A stretch of DNA of 64,000 nucleotides from an uncultured Vicinamibacteraceae bacterium (GTDB lineage: Bacteria; Acidobacteriota; Vicinamibacteria; Vicinamibacterales; UBA8438), in NCBI GenBank assembly GCA_964342695.1, contig CAYFFV010000010.1, positions 5,146-69,145 on the forward strand, in the 5' to 3' direction. Within the stretch, counting starts at the first letter, position 1, and each line of letters begins with the position of its first letter. Position numbers and translations under genes: made by a program. The notes below the pieces were generated by a model, which saw nothing but the letters and a program-made list of their open reading frames with translations, did not search any database and was not told where the DNA came from. This document shows positions 58,169 to 64,000 of the stretch, one piece after another.

Positions 58169-59419
58169 ATGTTGTCAGTCGCTCTAGTTGGATTTGGCAC
58201 GGTGGGAAAAGCAGTGGCGAAGATACTTGATTCTGGCCTTCATGGTGGACTCTGCTTGAGTTATGTGTTCAACAGGAACATCGAAGACAAAAAAGTTGAT
58301 TGGCTTGCCGGTCAGGTGGTATGGACGGATGATATTAACGCGATCATTTCCTCTGATGTAGATGTGGTTGTCGAGGTTGTGGGAGGCGAAGATCCAGCCG
58401 TAGACTGGATTCGGAGAGCGCTTGAGTCGGGCAAGTCGGTTGTCACGGCAAATAAACAGGCGATCGCGCATCAAGGTGCAGAACTCGAAGCTATCGCCAT
58501 CAAGAACGGTAAGTCTATGTTTTTTGGTGCTGCTGTTGCCGGTGGAGTTCCTGTAATTAACGGTGTAACTGAGGGGCTTGCCGGTGATCAAGTGGTCGGG
58601 CTTTGTGGAATACTGAACGGAACCTGCAATTTCATCTTGACGAGAATGGAGATTGATGGTCTGTCCTTTGATGCAGCACTGGCTGAAGCTCAAGAACTAG
58701 GATTCGCTGAGTCTGATCCGACTGCCGATGTAGATGGTTTTGACGCGCAAGCCAAGCTAGCGATACTTTCAGCCGTTGGATTAGGACTTCCTCTTGACGT
58801 GAATGAAATTACAACAGGCAGTATTCGGCCTGTCGAGGCGGTTGATTTTATCTATGCTCGGAGGTTGGGTTGCACCATTCGTCAAATAGCAAGAGCGGTC
58901 TCAATGGATAACGAGAAAGTGGCTGCATCCGTCGTTCCAATGCTAGTGGAGCGTTCTTCCACTCTAGCAAGAATTGAGGGAAGTCAAAATATTGTTGTGT
59001 TTGAAGGGAAAACTGGTGGGGAAACGGCATTTTCTGGCCATGGTGCAGGAGGAGGCCCCACGGCTGTCGCTGTCGTTTCAGATTTAGAAAAAATTGCGAG
59101 AAATCGCTCAGGGTTAACAACAGGGGTTCTGGGTGGGACGCAAACAACAAAAGTGTTTAAGGACCTTACATGTCCACATTACGCGCGTTTTGTGATTAAG
59201 GATAGACCGGGCATCATAGCGGCTTTAGCAGACGTGTTTTCTCAGCATGGTATCGGTGTTGACTCTGTTCTTCAGGAACCCGGTTGGTCAAAAGAGGAGC
59301 TGCCGTTCGTGATGACGCTGGAATCGTGTTCTTCGACTGCAGCCATGAATGCCGTCGGTGAAGCTGCAATATTTGATTTTCAGATCAGACCGCCGGTCTG
59401 TCTACCAGTACTTACCTAG
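58169..59419 (+). CDS. hom: homoserine dehydrogenase with C-terminal ACT domain
   Basis: VALVGFGTVGKAV, VVTANKQ, GILNGTCNFILT and ELGFAESDPTADVDGFDA. Confidence 0.93.
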   Translation: MLSVALVGFGTVGKAVAKILDSGLHGGLCLSYVFNRNIEDKKVDWLAGQVVWTDDINAIISSDVDVVVEVVGGEDPAVDWIRRALESGKSVVTANKQAIAHQGAELEAIAIKNGKSMFFGAAVAGGVPVINGVTEGLAGDQVVGLCGILNGTCNFILTRMEIDGLSFDAALAEAQELGFAESDPTADVDGFDAQAKLAILSAVGLGLPLDVNEITTGSIRPVEAVDFIYARRLGCTIRQIARAVSMDNEKVAASVVPMLVERSSTLARIEGSQNIVVFEGKTGGETAFSGHGAGGGPTAVAVVSDLEKIARNRSGLTTGVLGGTQTTKVFKDLTCPHYARFVIKDRPGIIAALADVFSQHGIGVDSVLQEPGWSKEELPFVMTLESCSSTAAMNAVGEAAIFDFQIRPPVCLPVLT

Positions 59420-59432
59420 AGGATTCAGATAG

Positions 59433-60689
59433 ATGAGTTATTTTAAAGGGTTGCAGTGTTCAATGTGTCAGAAGGAGTTCGCAGCTGAGGCTTTGTACGT
59501 TTGCGACTCTTGTCTTGGTCCGTTAGAAGCCGTGTATGACTCTGATGCGATCAGGCGTGACCTTTCTAGAGAGGTCATTGAATCTCGGCAGCCAAATTTA
59601 TGGAGGTATCGAGAGTTTCTTCCGATTGATGGTCAGCCACAAACTGGCTTTTTTTCAGGCTTCACCCCTCTAGTTCGCGCAAACCGCCTGGCAGAAGAAC
59701 TGGGCATGGAGGAGTTGTATCTCAAGGATGACTCGGTGAACCATCCAAGTCTTTCCTATAAAGACCGTGTCGTTTCAGTTGCTGCAAGCCGGGCTATCGA
59801 ACTCGGTGTCAAAGTGTTTGGTTGCGCATCAACGGGAAATCTTGGAAATAGCGTGGCAGCTCACGCTGCGCGTTTAGGGTTGGAATGTTATGTATTTATT
59901 CCTCAAGATCTCGAACCTGGAAAAATCGTAGGGTCTGCAGTTTGTGGTCCCCATGTTGTTGGAATTGATGGCAATTACGATGACGTTAATCGGCTCTGCA
60001 CGCAAGTGGGAGACCGCTATGGCTGGGGCTTCGCCAATATAAACCTGCGAGCTTACTACGCCGAAGGTGCCAAAACATACGGATTTGAAATTGTGGAGGG
60101 GCTTGGATGGAAATTTCCTAAACACTTGGTTTGTCCGGTTGCAGGTGGAACGCTGTTGCCTAGAATACGCAGAGGGTTTCGCGAAATGAGAGAGGCTGGA
60201 CTCGTTGAGGGCGATCTTCCGAAAATTCACGCTGCTCAAGCGAACGGTTGCGCACCGGTTGTAACGGCGCTAGAGCGCGACCTTGACCATCCCGAACCAG
60301 TGAAGCCTAACACTATCGCGAAATCTATTGCCATTGGAAATCCAGCCGATGGATTCCATGTTCTTGAGACGGTTAGAAAAACTGGCGGAGCGGGCGCTTC
60401 CGTTTCCGACGCTGAGATTATCGAGTGTATTAAATTGCTAGCCAGGACGGAAGGAATATTCACAGAACCCGCCGGCGGCACGACTCTCGCGGCGACGATC
60501 CAGCTAATCAAAAGAGGTGTAATCCCAAAAGATGAATCATTAGTCGTTTGCATTACAGGAAATGGATATAAAACCGCTGATGTCATGACTGAACATATCC
60601 AAAAACCTTCTTCTCTTGGGCGAACGCTTCAAGAGTTTGAGGACTTTATCGATAGTCAAAACAAGCACCACCTCGAGGGCGCCGGCTGA
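59433..60689 (+). CDS. thrC: threonine synthase (type with N-terminal zinc-ribbon)
   Basis: CSMCQKEF...CDSCLGPLE. The PLP lysine region HPSLSYKDR and GCASTGNLGNS. Confidence 0.85.
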   Translation: MSYFKGLQCSMCQKEFAAEALYVCDSCLGPLEAVYDSDAIRRDLSREVIESRQPNLWRYREFLPIDGQPQTGFFSGFTPLVRANRLAEELGMEELYLKDDSVNHPSLSYKDRVVSVAASRAIELGVKVFGCASTGNLGNSVAAHAARLGLECYVFIPQDLEPGKIVGSAVCGPHVVGIDGNYDDVNRLCTQVGDRYGWGFANINLRAYYAEGAKTYGFEIVEGLGWKFPKHLVCPVAGGTLLPRIRRGFREMREAGLVEGDLPKIHAAQANGCAPVVTALERDLDHPEPVKPNTIAKSIAIGNPADGFHVLETVRKTGGAGASVSDAEIIECIKLLARTEGIFTEPAGGTTLAATIQLIKRGVIPKDESLVVCITGNGYKTADVMTEHIQKPSSLGRTLQEFEDFIDSQNKHHLEGAG

Positions 60690-60690
60690 G

Positions 60691-61929
60691 ATGTCGGTCT
60701 CAGGCGGAGCAACAGAGATTGTAGAGGCGGAAGGGCACTTAGTCGATTCCCAGATTTTAAATCACATCTTTGATAAAGTGATTGAGCGCGATGGTCAGTT
60801 TGAGGTTATCAATTTTAATCTCGGGCGCACTAATGACGACTTTTCGAAACTTGAATTAAAGATTACTGCTCAGGACGAGTCGGCTTTACAGATCCTCCTT
60901 CAAGAGCTGATGCCGCTTGGCTGCTACCCACGTAAAACTTCAGAGATTTCTCTTCATGAGGTTGAAGTCAATGGGGTAGTCCCCGATGATTTCTACTCCA
61001 CAACAAACCATCGTACTCTTTTACGGCATGATGGCCGGTGGCTTGAGGTTAAAAAACAACGGATGGATGCGGTTATCCGAATCGCCCAGGGTGAAGCGAG
61101 TTGTGTGAAACTCAGGGACGTAAAAAAAGGAGATCCGATCGTCTGCGGCGTTGAAGGGATTAAGGTCTCTCCAGAATTTCAGGAGCGCGACCGGCTAGGT
61201 TTTGCCTTTATGACTAATGATGTTTCGACTGAAAGACGGGTAGAGGTGAGTGTCTCGAAGGTCGTCGCGATGATTGAAGAGGTCAAAAGACTAAACGGTC
61301 GAATCGCAGTTGTGGCAGGGCCCGTTGTTATTCATAGTGGCGGGGCACCCTATCTCGGGGATTTAATTAAGAAGGGCCTCGTTGATGTTTTACTCGCGGG
61401 TAATGCGCTTGCGGTTCATGATGTTGAACACGCGCTTTACGGGACTTCCCTCGGAATCGATCTTGAAAAAGGAGTGGCTACACCAGAGGGCCACAAGAAT
61501 CATATGCGGGCAATCAACACCATTAATCGCTCTGGTGGTTTGAAAAACGCTGTCGTATCTGGAGTCCTGACATCAGGAGTGATGTACGAATCGATAAAAA
61601 AAGAGATTCCATATGTTTTGGCGGGAAGCATTCGAGACGATGGCCCCCTGAAAGATACATGCATGGATTTAATCGAAGCACAAAACCTTTACAGCGAAGC
61701 GCTTGAGGGCGTAAGTCTTGTAATTATGTTATCGACGATGCTTCATAGTATTGGTGTCGGAAACATGCTGCCTTCCCGTGTGCGCGTTGTCTGTGTAGAT
61801 ATAAACCCAGCGGTCGTTACGAAGCTCTCGGATCGCGGTTCGTCGCAGACGGTGGGAATCGTTACAGATGTGGGTTTGTTTTTACATCAATTGGCCTTGC
61901 AGGTAAGTGAAGAGCATAATTCTTGTTAA
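60691..61929 (+). CDS. TIGR00300-family protein (LOR/SDH conserved N-terminal domain plus a Rossmann-like domain; ornithine-cyclodeaminase-like)
   Basis: GHLVDSQILNHIFDKVIERDGQFEVINFNLG (LOR/SDH N-domain pattern) and YGTSLGIDL...GHKNHMRAIN...YVLAGSIRDDGPL. ATG 60691 lies 1 nt after the thrC stop. The track start at 60616 is rejected. Confidence 0.7.
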   Translation: MSVSGGATEIVEAEGHLVDSQILNHIFDKVIERDGQFEVINFNLGRTNDDFSKLELKITAQDESALQILLQELMPLGCYPRKTSEISLHEVEVNGVVPDDFYSTTNHRTLLRHDGRWLEVKKQRMDAVIRIAQGEASCVKLRDVKKGDPIVCGVEGIKVSPEFQERDRLGFAFMTNDVSTERRVEVSVSKVVAMIEEVKRLNGRIAVVAGPVVIHSGGAPYLGDLIKKGLVDVLLAGNALAVHDVEHALYGTSLGIDLEKGVATPEGHKNHMRAINTINRSGGLKNAVVSGVLTSGVMYESIKKEIPYVLAGSIRDDGPLKDTCMDLIEAQNLYSEALEGVSLVIMLSTMLHSIGVGNMLPSRVRVVCVDINPAVVTKLSDRGSSQTVGIVTDVGLFLHQLALQVSEEHNSC

Positions 61930-61955
61930 GTTTTTAGTTGTGGAGGGAATGATAA

Positions 61956-63215
61956 TTGAATAGCGAGGTGGGAGGGGTAGAAGAGCGACCAGTATTGGTA
62001 CAAAAATACGGTGGGAGTTCTGTTGCGACCCCGGAGCGCATAAAGGCCATCGCGGAGCGAATTGTAAAATCGCTGGGGAAGTCTCGCCTCGTCGTGGTGC
62101 TGTCCGCGATGGGAAAAGCCACGGACAAACTGATCGATCTTGCGCACCAAGTTGCAAAGAGTCCAACGGGGAGAGAGATGGATGTCTTGTTGGCCACTGG
62201 AGAACAAGTCTCAGTTTCACTGCTTGGCCTTGCCCTGCAAGAACGTGGAGTTAGGGCGATATCCTTGACGGCTGCTCAATGTGGAATTCGCACAGACGAT
62301 GTTTTTAACATTGCCCGCATAAAGTCAATCGATATCGCACGCATTTTGGAGGAACTTGACCATGGACAAGTCGTGATAATTCCTGGTTTCCAGGGTGTCA
62401 ATGGAGATAATGAGATAACAACTCTTGGGCGAGGGGGAAGTGATATAACGGGTGCGGCTCTCGCAGTAGCCCTAGAAGCTGAAGCCTGTGAAATCTGCAC
62501 GGATGTGGATGGTGTGCTGTCCGCAGATCCTGGAGTCGTTCCGGATGCAAAACTCTGGCAAACACTCAGTTATGCTTCGACAATCGAAATGGCTTCAAGT
62601 GGAGCCAAAGTCTTACATCCCCGAGCAGCAGAATTATGTATGGCGTACGGAGTACCAATTCATGTGCGCTCAAGTTTTCATGAACGGCAAGGCACATGGA
62701 TTGTTAAGGATGAAAAAATGGAAATGGAACAGGCAGAAGTTGTTGGCGTCAACAGTGATAAAAAGATTGCAAAAATTACCCTAAGAGATGTTCCCGACCA
62801 ACCGGGTTTAGCAGCAAAGGTTTTTCGCGATCTCGCAAAAGCAGAGATCAGTGTTCGATTGATTATTCAAAGTGAGAGCTCGGATGGCTTGGGACGAATT
62901 TCATTCGTTCTTGACAAGGCCTATATTGAGAAGGCTTTAACATTTATCGATAAATGGAAGAAAGACGGCATCACGAACGATGCCACCATCGATCTCGACG
63001 TGGCCAAAATATCAATTATTGGCTCAAGGTTGGCCTCGACACCTGGGCTAGCAGCGCGTATGTTTACTGTCCTTGCACAAGAAAATATTAACATTGACTG
63101 CATAAGTTCTTCGGAGATGAAAATAGCATGCGTCATTCATTCTAACGAAATTGACAACGCCGTGAGGGCCGTGCATGCTGAGTTCTTTCCGGAGGTCGCG
63201 AAGCCTGGCAAGTAA
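61956..63215 (+). CDS. lysC: aspartate kinase with two C-terminal ACT domains
   Basis: LVQKYGGSSVATPERI, TLGRGGSDITGAALA and ACT repeats. TTG/GTG start. Confidence 0.93.
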   Translation: MNSEVGGVEERPVLVQKYGGSSVATPERIKAIAERIVKSLGKSRLVVVLSAMGKATDKLIDLAHQVAKSPTGREMDVLLATGEQVSVSLLGLALQERGVRAISLTAAQCGIRTDDVFNIARIKSIDIARILEELDHGQVVIIPGFQGVNGDNEITTLGRGGSDITGAALAVALEAEACEICTDVDGVLSADPGVVPDAKLWQTLSYASTIEMASSGAKVLHPRAAELCMAYGVPIHVRSSFHERQGTWIVKDEKMEMEQAEVVGVNSDKKIAKITLRDVPDQPGLAAKVFRDLAKAEISVRLIIQSESSDGLGRISFVLDKAYIEKALTFIDKWKKDGITNDATIDLDVAKISIIGSRLASTPGLAARMFTVLAQENINIDCISSSEMKIACVIHSNEIDNAVRAVHAEFFPEVAKPGK

Positions 63216-63237
63216 TCAGAATTTAGGATTTTAAAGT

Positions 63238-64000
63238 ATGAGCAATGACAAGTTGAGTGTTGGGATTCTCGGTGCCACTGGAATGGTCGGGCAAGAGTTT
63301 ATCTCCAGACTGAGTTCCCACCCTTGGTTTCAGGTTTCTTGGTTGGGTGCAAGTGAGCGCTCTGCTGGAAAGAGATTTGAAGATGCTGTCCCATGGCGTT
63401 TACCTCAAGCTCGGCCCGATTTTATTCGGGCAATGGAAGTTAACGTCTGTAAACCAGGGTCAGCACCAGAAATCATTTTTTCTGGGTTAGATTCGTCTGT
63501 CGCAGGAAAAGTAGAAGCAGATTTCGCGAAGGAGGGTCACATCGTAGTCAGCAACGCACGGAATTTTCGCATGGATGCCGACGTTCCGCTGTTAGTTCCT
63601 GAAATTAATCCTGAACATTTAGATCTGATATCTGTACAAAAACAAAAGAGGAACTGGTCTGGATGTATTGTGACGAACCCGAATTGCTCAACGATTGTAT
63701 TGACCATGGCGATCGCACCCTTGTGCCAGTTTGGTTTGCAAGCAGTTAATGTTACGACTCTTCAAGCGGTATCTGGTGCCGGGCACCCTGGTGTTTCGTC
63801 ATTTGACATTGTCGGAAATATCATTCCCCAAATTCCTGGCGAAGAAGAGAAAATTGAACTAGAGACAAAAAAAATTCTTGGAAAGATGTCCACTGGAAAC
63901 ATCGAGGAACACGGAGTAACGGTTAGTGCTCACACGACGCGGGTTGGCGTGCTAAACGGTCACACAGAAATGGTTTCCGTTAGCCTAAAAGATAAACCAA
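63238..64000 (+). CDS. asd: aspartate-semialdehyde dehydrogenase, N-terminal part (runs off the window; absent from the ORF track because no stop is present)
   Basis: My own translation from ATG 63238 gives MSNDKLSVGILGATGMVGQEFISRL...VVSNARNFRMDADVPLLVPEINPEHL...IVTNPNCSTI, which contains the catalytic Cys motif. Confidence 0.9.
   Translation, partial: MSNDKLSVGILGATGMVGQEFISRLSSHPWFQVSWLGASERSAGKRFEDAVPWRLPQARPDFIRAMEVNVCKPGSAPEIIFSGLDSSVAGKVEADFAKEGHIVVSNARNFRMDADVPLLVPEINPEHLDLISVQKQKRNWSGCIVTNPNCSTIVLTMAIAPLCQFGLQAVNVTTLQAVSGAGHPGVSSFDIVGNIIPQIPGEEEKIELETKKILGKMSTGNIEEHGVTVSAHTTRVGVLNGHTEMVSVSLKDKP

Overview
This is a gene-dense chromosomal segment from a Gram-negative, probably uncultivated aquatic bacterium. 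I cannot place it taxonomically from sequence alone. I found no rRNA, CRISPR array, transposase, integrase or prophage genes, so it looks like core genome rather than an accessory island. Most genes are recognisable housekeeping functions:
- korB fragment, ndk, dcd, cobB, pgi, amt, ftsB, cutA, rnc, purA
- gcvT-gcvH-gcvP, nnr-tsaE, secA-guaB
- a hom-thrC-X-lysC-asd aspartate-family operon
- one initiator tRNA-fMet

Five regions deserve a second look:
1. **Orphan microcompartment module (44083-46157).** A PduA-like BMC-H shell gene sits next to an AdhE-type acylating aldehyde dehydrogenase with a 130-aa C-terminal tail that resembles an encapsulation peptide. It lies between two peptidoglycan hydrolase genes, and no other microcompartment genes are in the window.
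2. **Compact ten-gene type II secretion / type IV pilus-like operon (47399-56724).** Several junctions show 4-nt start/stop overlaps. Its secretin appears fused to an N-terminal TPR lipoprotein module and a C-terminal cohesin-like module.
3. **Rieske / split cytochrome b cluster (2994-8531).** It ends in a membrane-anchored octaheme cytochrome c that has a roughly 170-aa coiled-coil stalk.
4. **Tandem FMN-dependent alpha-hydroxy-acid oxidase paralogs (13130-15305).** One carries a twin-arginine signal. The other is degenerate and has no signal.
5. **Aspartate-family operon (57937-64000).** It has a terminator-containing leader upstream of hom, and a TIGR00300 (LOR/SDH-domain) gene sits where thrB might be expected.

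All calls rest on reading the translated ORFs and the DNA by eye. No database search was run.
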